From assembly GCF_037902255.1 (NCBI RefSeq), contig NZ_CP147990.1:870001-902000 (forward strand): DNA of 32,000 nt, read 5' to 3'. Origin of the DNA: Candidatus Electrothrix sp. GW3-4. Lineage in GTDB: Bacteria > Desulfobacterota > Desulfobulbia > Desulfobulbales > Desulfobulbaceae. The first letter of the stretch is position 1. The number at the start of each line of letters is the position of its first letter. Of the stretch, positions 20,374 to 29,496 are shown piece by piece. The position numbers and the translations under genes were made by a program. The notes beneath the pieces were generated by a model. That model searched no databases, had not been told where the DNA came from, and saw only the letters and a program-made list of their open reading frames with translations.

Positions 20374-20805
20374 TTAGTTGCAGCCGAGCCCCCAGCCCCA
20401 GGAGTCAACACAGGTCACCTGTGGGATGACCTTGCCGCCACAGGATTGATAGCAGTAACGGTGTTCCTTATTACATTGCTCAAAGTCGAGAGGTGAACAG
20501 GGAGTGCGGGTGTCATAACAGGTCATCTCGTCAGCTTTAAGGCAGTTTTCCAACTTGATACTCGCGATCTCGTTGCGATGTTGACAGTCTTTTAAGGCTG
20601 ACTTGAGGTTATTCTTGCACTGCGTTCTGTTTTGTTCGCATTGCATAATACAGATCTGTCCCTGTTGTGTTTCAGGAGGCTCCAGCATGTATTCTGTTTT
20701 ATACATTGGCCCACAGGCAGTCAGTGCGATCAGTATCAGACTGAGAAATCCTGCATACCATAATGAACGAGTATTTATTCGTCTTGTCAATTTTCTTGTC
20801 TCCAT
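20374..20805 (-). CDS. Cys-rich hypothetical lipoprotein
   Basis: Lipobox LIALTAC. The mature part has 12 further cysteines in about 110 residues. No family recognised. Confidence 0.55.
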   Translation of the reverse strand: METRKLTRRINTRSLWYAGFLSLILIALTACGPMYKTEYMLEPPETQQGQICIMQCEQNRTQCKNNLKSALKDCQHRNEIASIKLENCLKADEMTCYDTRTPCSPLDFEQCNKEHRYCYQSCGGKVIPQVTCVDSWGWGLGCN

Positions 20806-20926
20806 AATTCCTCCCTAACCACATTCTTGACCAGCGCTGTCCTGTTGAGGGAGCGCACCAAATCCGCATCGGAAAACGAGGCGGAAGAGCATGAGTTCAA
20901 CGTTCCAACTAATCAGCAGAAATGTA

Positions 20927-21427
20927 TCAGTTTGCTTGAAACTTCTCTGTAATCAGGTCGTACAGGGCATTGCTGGTTTCCCGAACAACTCGAATACAAT
21001 TTTTTCGTGTGCTCCCCGGATGTGTCCGGAAAATATGTACAGCCTCTTTGTCCTTCCAGTCCACTTGGGCTATATCCGCACATTGGATGCTGCCGTGTGG
21101 TTCGGTTATTTCAGTAAATTTTTGTATCATCGCATAGCTGAGGCTACACATCTGCTTATGATTTTCCTGTTGAGGACTTGTTTTACCCAGGGTGAAACCG
21201 ATGGTCGCCAATGCACCTGACAGGGCGCCACATACCTGGCCGGTACTGCCCATGCCCCCTGCAAAGGGCGCCAAGGCTGCGACAACTTCTGGCGACGGCG
21301 GTTCGTTCCTGAATAATTCCGCGCAGGCACAAAGGACAGCCTGACTGCAATGGAAACCGTCTGCAAAAAGTTGGACAGCTTTATCGGCTATTTCTTCTCT
21401 TTTGTTTAACGTGCTATTTTGATTCAT
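20927..21427 (-). CDS. C_GCAxxG_C_C family putative redox-active protein
   Basis: Start moved to MNQNSTLNK (ATG 21427, AGGAAA upstream). Motifs FHCSQAVL, GQVCGALSGA, then two later Cys (IQCADI, NCIRVV). Confidence 0.65.
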   Translation of the reverse strand: MNQNSTLNKREEIADKAVQLFADGFHCSQAVLCACAELFRNEPPSPEVVAALAPFAGGMGSTGQVCGALSGALATIGFTLGKTSPQQENHKQMCSLSYAMIQKFTEITEPHGSIQCADIAQVDWKDKEAVHIFRTHPGSTRKNCIRVVRETSNALYDLITEKFQAN

Positions 21428-21620
21428 GATATTTTCCTGTTTTGTTTGCCCCACGTCAATATATTTTGCGGGGAAGTATCTTGCGGAAGTCAGGAGCTGA
21501 GAGCTCATTGCTGGTTTCAACTTGAATCTTATTCCTCGGGATGAGGAGAGCGTTGGACAGCGCAGCTCAATGCCAAACCTATCTTAACATGTATCGACCA
21601 GGAAACTCAAAGAAGTTTTT

Positions 21621-22757
21621 TTATTCTTCAGGGAGAACTTTTTCTTTTTCTTCTTCGCTGTTGTCTTCTTCTGCCTCTTCCTGTGCAGGACGCAGGGGCC
21701 CGACCTCTGGGAGATATTCATGAAAAGCATCACCGTAGATTTCCCAGATCGTTATAAAGAGAGCAGAAATAATTGGTCCAATAATAATACCGAGCACTCC
21801 GAACAGAGCGATACCACCCAGGGTGCCGAAGAGGACAAAGAGATCGTGCATCTCTGTGTCTTTTCCCACTAAACGGGGGCGAAGGAGGTTGTCCAGGTTA
21901 CCTGCAACCACACCACAGATGATGGCAAGGATGAAAACCCCGGAAAAATCACCACCTATGGCAAGGATAACCAGGGCAGGTAGCCAGACCACAGCCGTCC
22001 CCACTGCCGGAATAATGGAGAGCACTGCCATGACCGTTCCCCAGAAAACAGCCCCCTGTATTCCTGCCAGGAAAAAGGCAAGGCCACATAACCCTCCCTG
22101 GAGAATACCGATGATGAATGTCGATTTCATGGTTGCTCCGGCCACGGAGGTGAAACGCTGAAGAAGGCGTTCTTCATCTTCATGGGCCATGGGGAGATAA
22201 TAGAGGATTTTTTTTAACAGGATATCACCCATGCTCAAAAAGTAAAACATCACATAGAGCATGATAACAACATTAAACAGGGCGTTTATGGTTATTTTGG
22301 TGAGTGAAGTAAGAGAGTTGATCAGCATGTTGGAGATCGTGCCAACAATCTCGCCTGCCTTTTCCAGGATCATGTCCCGGTAGGGGAGGAAGGCTTCGTA
22401 ATGAGGGATTTTGCTGATGTATTCCGAAAGAATTCCTGGTTCCTCCACAAAGGAGTCTATCCACGGGCTGACAGATTGTCCAACATGGACGGCTTGGCTG
22501 ATCACTACTCCGATGAGCAGGGCCAAGGGGATCAAGATCAAACAGACAATAGCGATAATAATAAGCGTTGAGGCAAGATTCTCCCGATTATTCAGGCGCG
22601 GCATCAGCCATCTATGGGCAGGGGCAGTCATGGCAGAAAATAAGCCTGCCATAAAAAGAGCCATGAGAAACTGGCGGATCATGGTCAGAAACAGGGCTGA
22701 GATTGCCGTGACCATGATCAGGAGTATTATCTTGTTGACATTTTGATGCTTAATCAT
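21621..22757 (-). CDS. AI-2E family transporter (PerM/YhhT-like)
   Basis: 378-aa polytopic protein with the family's typical layout (about 8 TM helices, GLFGV.G.IIGP-like segment GIALFGVLGIIIGP) and an acidic C-terminal tail. Confidence 0.75.
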   Translation of the reverse strand: MIKHQNVNKIILLIMVTAISALFLTMIRQFLMALFMAGLFSAMTAPAHRWLMPRLNNRENLASTLIIIAIVCLILIPLALLIGVVISQAVHVGQSVSPWIDSFVEEPGILSEYISKIPHYEAFLPYRDMILEKAGEIVGTISNMLINSLTSLTKITINALFNVVIMLYVMFYFLSMGDILLKKILYYLPMAHEDEERLLQRFTSVAGATMKSTFIIGILQGGLCGLAFFLAGIQGAVFWGTVMAVLSIIPAVGTAVVWLPALVILAIGGDFSGVFILAIICGVVAGNLDNLLRPRLVGKDTEMHDLFVLFGTLGGIALFGVLGIIIGPIISALFITIWEIYGDAFHEYLPEVGPLRPAQEEAEEDNSEEEKEKVLPEE

Positions 22758-23118
22758 CTTGGTATACCTTTTTTAGCCTCTCTCCTGGAGAGGCTGGAGG
22801 ACATTTGGCCTTGAACGAGACAGGGGGGGATGCGTACTCGCACCTTCTTGTCCATAACTATGCTGACTTCCTTCTGTCCTGTCAATCTTTTTACTGATCG
22901 TACCTGATGTCATGATAGGCCCTGAAGAAGAGAGAGGATTTTTCTTTGTGGGGCAGAAGATTTTTTAGACAGCACTGTAATAACAAAATGAGTACGTTAC
23001 ACACCTTTGTAAAAGTTGTATTGTCTGGTTATGCTGTTGGCAGCCGACCGGCCCCGCAAAGGCAAGCACCGGATAGCGGCGTTTCCAATATACTCTATAC
23101 CCTCCGCGGCGTAAAAAT

Positions 23119-23703
23119 ATGAATATGACAATTGACCTGCATTTTCAGATACAGGGAAAACTAATCCGGGTGGATCATGGATATTCCCTTTTTTCAGCAA
23201 TCAGTCGCTGCCTGCCAGAGTTTCATGCGGCGCAGGATGTACGGCTCGCCCTGATCCGAGGTCGTTATATCGGCGGTGGCCTGTTGCAACTATCGCAGAG
23301 GTCACGCCTGACCCTTCGTCTGCTTTCGGAGAAAACGGCTCTGTATATCAATCTGGCCGGAAAAATCCTTGACCTTGGCGGGCATCAGGTTCGGGTCGGG
23401 GTGCCGCATTCGCAGGGGCTGCTCCCGGCTACGGCCCTTTACGCTCATCTTGTGACAACCAGGAATGGTTTAGAGCAGGAACGCTTTGAACAGGAAATCC
23501 GGCGTCAGCTGGCAGCACAAGGCTGCAGGGGCAGGATAACGCTTGGCAAACGGCGCACTTTTGCCATGCATTCCAGGCAGGTGGTGGGCTATTCCCTGCT
23601 GGTCTCGGAACTGAGTGCTGAGGAATCCCTTGTCCTGCAGGAACAGGGGCTGGGAGGACGGCAGAAAATGGGGTGCGGTTTTTTTCAGCCGTGGAAAGGG
23701 TGA
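23119..23703 (+). CDS. cas6: CRISPR endoribonuclease Cas6, Cmx6/Cas6e-like
   Basis: 194 aa. The C-terminal glycine-rich loop QGLGGRQKMGCGFF resembles the Cas6e QGIGPAKSMGCGLL motif. It is the first gene of the cas operon. Confidence 0.7.
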   Translation: MNMTIDLHFQIQGKLIRVDHGYSLFSAISRCLPEFHAAQDVRLALIRGRYIGGGLLQLSQRSRLTLRLLSEKTALYINLAGKILDLGGHQVRVGVPHSQGLLPATALYAHLVTTRNGLEQERFEQEIRRQLAAQGCRGRITLGKRRTFAMHSRQVVGYSLLVSELSAEESLVLQEQGLGGRQKMGCGFFQPWKG

Positions 23704-23708
23704 AGGGC

Positions 23709-26045
23709 ATGGGGACAGCAAACACCTTTACGCATCTGCTGGCTAAGAGCTGCGAAGATGCGGAGAACCCGCTGTTTCCGGCGACGCTGGAAGGGCATAC
23801 CTTGGCTGTGCTGGAATCTTTCAGAACCATGTTCGGTACTTTAGATGTACCGTCGAGACTGGCCGGGCAGTGGCTTGATTTTTTCGATCTGCAAGCGGAG
23901 GTTCTGCCCGCCTTTGAGATGAATACCTTGTTTGCCTGTCTGCTGCATGATCTGGGCAAGGCCAACAGCGGCTTTCAAACCATGATCCGCCGCAAGGGCC
24001 GCCAGCTTGTCCGCCATGAACACCTGACTGCCGTGCTGCTGCAATGCCCGGAAATTCGACAATGGATAACGGCGACCGATGATGCGGATATCGACATCAT
24101 CACCAGTGCGGTGCTGGGGCATCATCTCAAGGCCGAGCCGCAGAACAAGAATTTTGCTGCATATCAGCCCGGTGTGGATCAGTCACGCTTTTCCCTGGAT
24201 GGGGAAGCCCTGACCGCATTGCTGCACAGCCTTGCTGGCAGGGTTACGGAACTTCCGGCTCCGCCGCCTGCTTTTTCCTTCCCGGAACATTGGGATTTCT
24301 TCAGGGATAATCCGGGCAGTGTACTTCGGGAGCAGGCGGAAAAAGGACTGAAGAAATTCCACCGCACTCTGGGACGGGATGAAGTACGACTTCGTCTGCT
24401 CATCGCTGTACGGGCAGCCCTCATTGTTGCCGACAGTGCCGGATCAGGACTTCCTCGGGTTGACGAAGATATAACCTCTTGGCTGGACAATGCCTTTCAT
24501 CCTGATGACCTTCTTACGGACAGGAGTATCCGGGAAAAGATCCTTGTGCCCCGACAGAAGGTCATTGAGCAGAACACGGGAAAACCCTTTCAATGGCAGG
24601 ATTTCCAAAAGGCAGCTGGCGACCTGCCGGATCGGGCCGTGCTGATTTCCAGCTGCGGCAGCGGCAAAACCCTTGCAGCCTGGAAATGGATTGAAAAACG
24701 ACTGGAAAAACGGGCAAAGGCCAGAGCGATCTTTCTCTATCCGACCAAGGCCACAGCCGGTGAGGGGTTCAGGGATTATGTCTCCTGGGCACCGGAAGGC
24801 ATGTTGCTCCATTCCTCCAACAGTTTTGACCTGCACGGAATGTTCGACAGCAATGACCCGCGTTCCGGGGATGATTTTTTGGTTGAGGAGCGTTTGTATG
24901 CGCTGGCCTATTGGAACCGGCGGATTTTCAGCGCGACCGTGCATCAGTTTCTCGGTTTTCTCCAGCACAGTTATCGCTCCATCTGCCTGCTGCCCCTGCT
25001 GGCGGACAGCGTGGTGGTGGTCGATGAAGTGCATAGTTTTGACAAGGCCCTGTTTTCGGCCCTGAAGCAGCTGCTGGAAATGTTCAATCTGCCCGTGCTC
25101 TGCATGACCGCAACCCTGCCCAAACAGCGACAGAGAGAACTTGCTGAACTGGGACTGACCATATTTCCGCAGGACACGAAAGCCTTTGAAAACCTGCACG
25201 AAAAATCCAGTGCTCCGCGTTATCGGGTACATTCGCTGGGCGAGTACAGGGAAGATGCAGAAGCAACCGTGACCGCTGCTCTTGATCAGGGCAAAAAGGT
25301 GCTCTGGGTGGTTAATACCATTGACCGCTGTCAGGAGATTGCCAGACGATTCGAGTATGCAAAAGCAATCTGTTATCACAGCCGTTTTAAACTGGAAGAC
25401 CGGAAAGAGCGGCATAAGACCCTGATTAGCGCGTTTCAGGAGCAGCCGGGGCCGCTGCTGGCCGTGACCACCCAGGTCTGTGAGATGAGCCTTGATTTGG
25501 ACGCAGATATATTGGTCTCGGAAGCGGCACCTATCACCAGTATGATTCAGCGCATGGGCCGCTGCAACCGGCGGCTGGAAAATCCCGACCTCGGGGCGGT
25601 GTATTTTTATGAACCGGAAGATAACCTGCCCTACAGTGATGAGGATTTGCTCGGTGTAAAGGATTTTCTTGCCGCGCTTGACGGGCAGACCGTGTCACAG
25701 GAGCGGCTGGAGGAATTGCTGGATGAATTCGGGGACAGCAGCAGGGAGACGGAGCGATATACCGCCTTTCTCAAGGATCGTGCCTGGGCACAGGCACGGG
25801 AAAAGGAGTTGGCAGATATCAAGGAAACCTGTTATCAGGCGATCCTGGCGGAAGATAATTCAAGGTATTGGCAACTCCGCAATGCAGGAGACCCTTGGGA
25901 TGGTTTGATCCTGCCGGTACCCAAGTACCCGGAAGGGTTGACCTGGGAAAACGAACGGATCGGCAGTTTTCCTCGGGTTGCATCAGAGAGTTATTACGAC
26001 AAAAAATATGGTTTTTCCAGACAGCCTGGGGAGCTGATTATATGA
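23709..26045 (+). CDS. cas3: Cas3 nuclease/helicase with N-terminal HD domain
   Basis: HD motifs HTLAV...LLHDLGKAN...GHH, Walker A SCGSGKTLAA, DEVH box VVVDEVHSF, and a C-terminal QRMGRCNRR. Start taken at MGTANTF (23709), 5 nt after the cas6 stop. Confidence 0.9.
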   Translation: MGTANTFTHLLAKSCEDAENPLFPATLEGHTLAVLESFRTMFGTLDVPSRLAGQWLDFFDLQAEVLPAFEMNTLFACLLHDLGKANSGFQTMIRRKGRQLVRHEHLTAVLLQCPEIRQWITATDDADIDIITSAVLGHHLKAEPQNKNFAAYQPGVDQSRFSLDGEALTALLHSLAGRVTELPAPPPAFSFPEHWDFFRDNPGSVLREQAEKGLKKFHRTLGRDEVRLRLLIAVRAALIVADSAGSGLPRVDEDITSWLDNAFHPDDLLTDRSIREKILVPRQKVIEQNTGKPFQWQDFQKAAGDLPDRAVLISSCGSGKTLAAWKWIEKRLEKRAKARAIFLYPTKATAGEGFRDYVSWAPEGMLLHSSNSFDLHGMFDSNDPRSGDDFLVEERLYALAYWNRRIFSATVHQFLGFLQHSYRSICLLPLLADSVVVVDEVHSFDKALFSALKQLLEMFNLPVLCMTATLPKQRQRELAELGLTIFPQDTKAFENLHEKSSAPRYRVHSLGEYREDAEATVTAALDQGKKVLWVVNTIDRCQEIARRFEYAKAICYHSRFKLEDRKERHKTLISAFQEQPGPLLAVTTQVCEMSLDLDADILVSEAAPITSMIQRMGRCNRRLENPDLGAVYFYEPEDNLPYSDEDLLGVKDFLAALDGQTVSQERLEELLDEFGDSSRETERYTAFLKDRAWAQAREKELADIKETCYQAILAEDNSRYWQLRNAGDPWDGLILPVPKYPEGLTWENERIGSFPRVASESYYDKKYGFSRQPGELII

Positions 26046-27748
26046 GTAGAGAGACGACACAGGACGAAACATTGACACTCAGCTACAACCTGTTTGACCT
26101 GCCCACAGCCCAGCACAAGGCAGGGCTGGCCGGGTTGCTGGTGATGATCGAATCCATGCGGCGACGCGGTCTTGAGCCGTTGCCGGAGATTGTTGATCTC
26201 AGTCCGACCGGTGTGACGATTCTGCTGAACCAGGACAGCTTGCAGACGCTTTGCGATGACCTTTTTGATGCTGAAATCATAGAAATACAGGTCAAAAGCA
26301 AATGGCAGGGAGCGACACCGAAAGAAACGGTTGAGGTCACGGTTGAACAGAACGGCAAGGAAAAACAAGAAAAACGTTTTGTTTACGACATCCTTCAGCC
26401 CAAGGGACTTTTTCTCCAGGCTTTTTTCCCGGACAACAACGGCGCATGGATTGAGTTGTGGCGCAACATGCTTTGGAATGTCCTGCGGGCGCAGCCTGCA
26501 ACCCGAAAAGTATATGAGGAAAGAAGCCGGAATGAACCTTCCGGTGGTGCAAAGGAATTGTATACTTCCCTTGTCAAGGAAATGCAACAGGGCCAAAAAG
26601 GCAAAAAGGTCACTGAAAGCATTGCTGGTTCCGTGTTCATCGGAGCGCAGAGTAAAAATGCGGAAACCGTTTCCTTTGCAGGTGTGCCGTCAGAGAATTT
26701 TCTGCTTCATTTCTGGCATATTGTTTCCCTGATCTTTGTTCCCAGAGCCTTTACCCTTGAACGGGCCAAAGACAAAGCCGGACGGATCAAATGGCAGGAT
26801 CACGGGTTCGCCATTGTCATACCGGAGCCTTCCCATCTGGATTATTTCAGCGAGGATATTCGTGATGCACTCATGCGCCTTGAGACGGAAAAGTCAGGCA
26901 AACGGCCCAAAAGGGCCATTATCGACCTGCATCAGGAAGGTGGATTGGAATATCTCTACTACTTTACCCGCCAGCGCAGCAAAGTCATTGACTGCATAAA
27001 TGCTGTGGAAATCTATCATATTCACAAACAGGGTAATAATGTCAGGATGCTGGCTGCGGAACGTATTACTCCTGACAAACGCATCTTGGAGAAGTATGAA
27101 GGTGTACGTAAGAACAGGATGAATCCGCTTTTCAAGCGATTGTACCTGGACAATATTTTACAGGGAACGCCCTGGCATCAGGGCAGTCTGGATATTATGG
27201 CAACCTGCCCGGCGGAACTGCTGGTCTATGAGCGCAGCAAAACGCCGTCCAATATGCCTTATTTCAGCATTGATGTCAGTAAACGGCTTCATGCTATAGA
27301 ACAAGAACTGCAAGAAACACCGGAGGAAGAAATGAATACGGAAGAGAATCAGGACAATCTGCTCGCCCTGAGAATACGCGGTCTGGTGAGGCAATATGTA
27401 CAACGAAAGGCTGAGAGTAAATCAGGACTGACCTACAAGAAGTTTACAAAAGATGAAAAAGGAAAAACAATTTATCCGGCAACGTATCGGGAAGCTGTGG
27501 AAAAAGTCTGTCTGGATGCCTTTCTCGCTATGCGGGGCAGGCGGGAACAGGATTTTGTCGAGTATTTCACCGGGACCATCTGTTCCGTGCCCCAGTATCT
27601 GCCGGAAGACGATTTTCTGCTGGTTTCCCAGGCCCTGATCAACGAGCGGGACAAGGTCAAAGCCCTGTCCATGTTGGCGGTGTCCGCCTGCTCCTATCTG
27701 CCGGTGAATAAAGAACGTAAAAAAGACAATAAAGGAGAAAAATCATGA
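26042..27748 (+). CDS. cas8: Cas8-like large subunit (Cmx8/DevT-like)
   Basis: 568 aa when started at the ATG overlapping the cas3 stop (ATGA). The position between cas3 and cas7 fits a large subunit. N-terminus LFDLPTAQHKAGLAGLLVMIE. The family call rests on position and size. Confidence 0.65.
   Translation: MSRETTQDETLTLSYNLFDLPTAQHKAGLAGLLVMIESMRRRGLEPLPEIVDLSPTGVTILLNQDSLQTLCDDLFDAEIIEIQVKSKWQGATPKETVEVTVEQNGKEKQEKRFVYDILQPKGLFLQAFFPDNNGAWIELWRNMLWNVLRAQPATRKVYEERSRNEPSGGAKELYTSLVKEMQQGQKGKKVTESIAGSVFIGAQSKNAETVSFAGVPSENFLLHFWHIVSLIFVPRAFTLERAKDKAGRIKWQDHGFAIVIPEPSHLDYFSEDIRDALMRLETEKSGKRPKRAIIDLHQEGGLEYLYYFTRQRSKVIDCINAVEIYHIHKQGNNVRMLAAERITPDKRILEKYEGVRKNRMNPLFKRLYLDNILQGTPWHQGSLDIMATCPAELLVYERSKTPSNMPYFSIDVSKRLHAIEQELQETPEEEMNTEENQDNLLALRIRGLVRQYVQRKAESKSGLTYKKFTKDEKGKTIYPATYREAVEKVCLDAFLAMRGRREQDFVEYFTGTICSVPQYLPEDDFLLVSQALINERDKVKALSMLAVSACSYLPVNKERKKDNKGEKS
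27332..27748 (+). CDS. cas11: Putative internally translated small subunit (Cas11), in frame within the 3' end of cas8
   Basis: In-frame ATG 27332 is preceded by GGAGGA (27322-27327). The 138-aa product looks helical. No separate cas11 gene is present in the locus. Confidence 0.35.
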   Translation: MNTEENQDNLLALRIRGLVRQYVQRKAESKSGLTYKKFTKDEKGKTIYPATYREAVEKVCLDAFLAMRGRREQDFVEYFTGTICSVPQYLPEDDFLLVSQALINERDKVKALSMLAVSACSYLPVNKERKKDNKGEKS

Positions 27749-28683
27749 ATTTGTTCTGCACTGTTTTGACCTATACCGCTCCGTCTGCCAACTATCGGGG
27801 AGAATCCGCTGAAAACCGGGCCGTGATTCAGAAGATCACCAAAGGACGCTTTGAGTATCCGATCATATCGCCGGAAGCTATCCGCAATGCCCTACGCGAG
27901 ACCTTTGCCGCCATGGACCTGCCCTGTAACCGTAAACGCCTGCACGATGCGGAGCAGCTTGCTGTCGAATTCAAGGACTATCCTGATGCGGACCGATTCA
28001 TTGATGATTTTTTCATGGGCTGGCTGGTGGCCGCCGGATCGGCAGATCGGAAAAAGATCACCAAGGAGCTGAAGGAAAAAGGTCGTGATCCGGAAAAATT
28101 CGCCTATAAACGGGATTCCATCCTGCGCATGAATCTGGCCGTGGCCCTGGAACCCTATCGACACAACTCCGTGTTTACCCAGTCACCGCAGGATCTGACA
28201 TCCAAGGAGGTCAAGGGTTGCAAAAATACGGAGAATTCCCAGCTCCTCCACCGGGAGGTCACCTGTACGCCCTTTCAGTATCCCTTTGCCCTGAACCTGA
28301 AAGAATGCTCAGATCATCAGGAATGGACGCAAAAGCTGCTTGAAGCGGTGGGCCAGCTTAATGGAGTGGCGGGCAACCATGCCCGCAGTTATTTCGAGAT
28401 GGCCCCGGCCAGTTTGATTGTCCGCTTGACTTCAAAGCTGGTGGCCGGATATGACACCTACGGCTTCTCCGTGGATGACCAGGGCAGGCACAGTTTTCAG
28501 GAGGTCGTTGAGGGCATTAGCCAGGGAGATTATCCGGCTGAAGAGTTCTGGCTGGGCGGCAAACTGGTCAAGGACATGGATGAGCAGACGGTCAGGGAGC
28601 TGGAAGGCAAGGGGGCGCATCTGGTGCGAAATTCCCAGAACCTGCTTGCCACAGTGGCTGACACCATGTTTTCCAGGAGCTGA
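27745..28683 (+). CDS. cas7: Cas7 backbone subunit (DevR/Cst2-like)
   Basis: 312 aa. N-terminus TYTAPSANYRGESAENRAVIQKI...ISPEAIRNALRE is typical of the type I-B/MYXAN Cas7 family. ATGA overlap with cas8. Confidence 0.8.
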   Translation: MNLFCTVLTYTAPSANYRGESAENRAVIQKITKGRFEYPIISPEAIRNALRETFAAMDLPCNRKRLHDAEQLAVEFKDYPDADRFIDDFFMGWLVAAGSADRKKITKELKEKGRDPEKFAYKRDSILRMNLAVALEPYRHNSVFTQSPQDLTSKEVKGCKNTENSQLLHREVTCTPFQYPFALNLKECSDHQEWTQKLLEAVGQLNGVAGNHARSYFEMAPASLIVRLTSKLVAGYDTYGFSVDDQGRHSFQEVVEGISQGDYPAEEFWLGGKLVKDMDEQTVRELEGKGAHLVRNSQNLLATVADTMFSRS

Positions 28684-28685
28684 TC

Positions 28686-29375
28686 ATGCTGATTCTGCGT
28701 CTTGATGCGCCCTTTGGGGTGTTTAGAACCTTTACTGCTGGCAGCTTTCGGCCTACGGCCTCTTTTATCACCCCGTCTGCGGCCTATGGCCTGCTGCTCA
28801 ATATTGCGGGGATTGAGATGCGCCATGATAATGGCAAATCCGTGGCAACCCTGATCCGCCCCAAAGGACTGCCTGCTGTTGACATCGCCCTGGGCGCCAG
28901 AGGAGCATTGCCCCGGCAGCAGAGCATGTTTCAGCAGCTGCATAATTATCCAGTCGGTACCTCGGGCAAGGAACATAAGGCGGCAGCCAAGGGGAATAAA
29001 TACAATATCACCCCGACCCGCCGTGCCTTTTTGTCTGAAATTCATGCCTATATTGCCGTGCGTGGTGATGAGGGGCTTGAAGAGCAGGTCACCAAAGGGT
29101 TGAGCGGAGAGACCGCGCGGACCTACGGGCTGCCCTTTATGGGGGATAATAGTTTTCTGCCTGACCGGCTGGAGGTGGTAGAACAGCCGGAACCGGCCCG
29201 CTGGTATGAAGTGGTTGATGAAGCGGATGAAGACGGAGTCCGGGAGGACATCACTCGTTTGACTGTCATTATTGACCGGATCAAAATGGAAAACACCCGT
29301 TCCGCCCTGTTTGCCCCGCAGCAGATCCCTTCTGCGGAGATACCGGAGCGCGCCTGGGTGCGGGTTGCTTATTGA
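28686..29375 (+). CDS. cas5: Cas5 (DevS-like)
   Basis: 229 aa. N-terminus MLILRLDAPFGVFRTFTAGSFRPTASFITPSAAYGLLLNIAGIE is a typical Cas5 signature. It starts 2 nt after the cas7 stop. Confidence 0.8.
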   Translation: MLILRLDAPFGVFRTFTAGSFRPTASFITPSAAYGLLLNIAGIEMRHDNGKSVATLIRPKGLPAVDIALGARGALPRQQSMFQQLHNYPVGTSGKEHKAAAKGNKYNITPTRRAFLSEIHAYIAVRGDEGLEEQVTKGLSGETARTYGLPFMGDNSFLPDRLEVVEQPEPARWYEVVDEADEDGVREDITRLTVIIDRIKMENTRSALFAPQQIPSAEIPERAWVRVAY

Positions 29376-29416
29376 TTTTGTCGCGGGCTGGCGGGCGGCA
29401 AGGACCAAAAACTGTT

Positions 29417-29477
29417 GTAGGGGCAGGCCCCTGTGCCTGCCCGGCAGATCAGGGCGAACACAGGGATTCGCCCCTAC
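29417..29477. repeat. REP-like palindromic element (GTAGGGGC...GCCCCTAC class) made of two opposed hairpins
   Basis: Hairpin 1 is GGGCAGGC-CCCTGT-GCCTGCCC (29421-29442). Hairpin 2 is GGGCGAA-CACAGGGA-TTCGCCC (29452-29473). The outer arms GTAGGGGC and GCCCCTAC are complementary. The antisense translation gives the familiar artefact peptide GANPCVRPDLPGRHRGLPLQ. Confidence 0.7.
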
Positions 29478-29496
29478 TAAGAAAAAAGGAGGTTCC

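Noticed and set aside
22779-22799. Perfect 8-bp hairpin AGCCTCTC-tcctg-GAGAGGCT next to the AI-2E transporter start, considered as a terminator
   Set aside because: The T-run precedes the stem on the + strand, and the - strand has an A-run after it. It does not fit an intrinsic terminator in either direction. It may just be a 5' UTR structure.
24444-25415. 323-aa ORF antisense to cas3
   Set aside because: Shadow ORF inside a well-supported Cas3 helicase region, with no recognisable motifs.
25868-26041. 5' extension of the cas8 ORF (similar extensions occur at 29272-29496 for cas4/1 and 31101-31223 for cas2)
   Set aside because: These extensions overlap the preceding cas genes in another frame. 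Better starts exist at the stop/start overlaps, or at a GTG with a strong SD.
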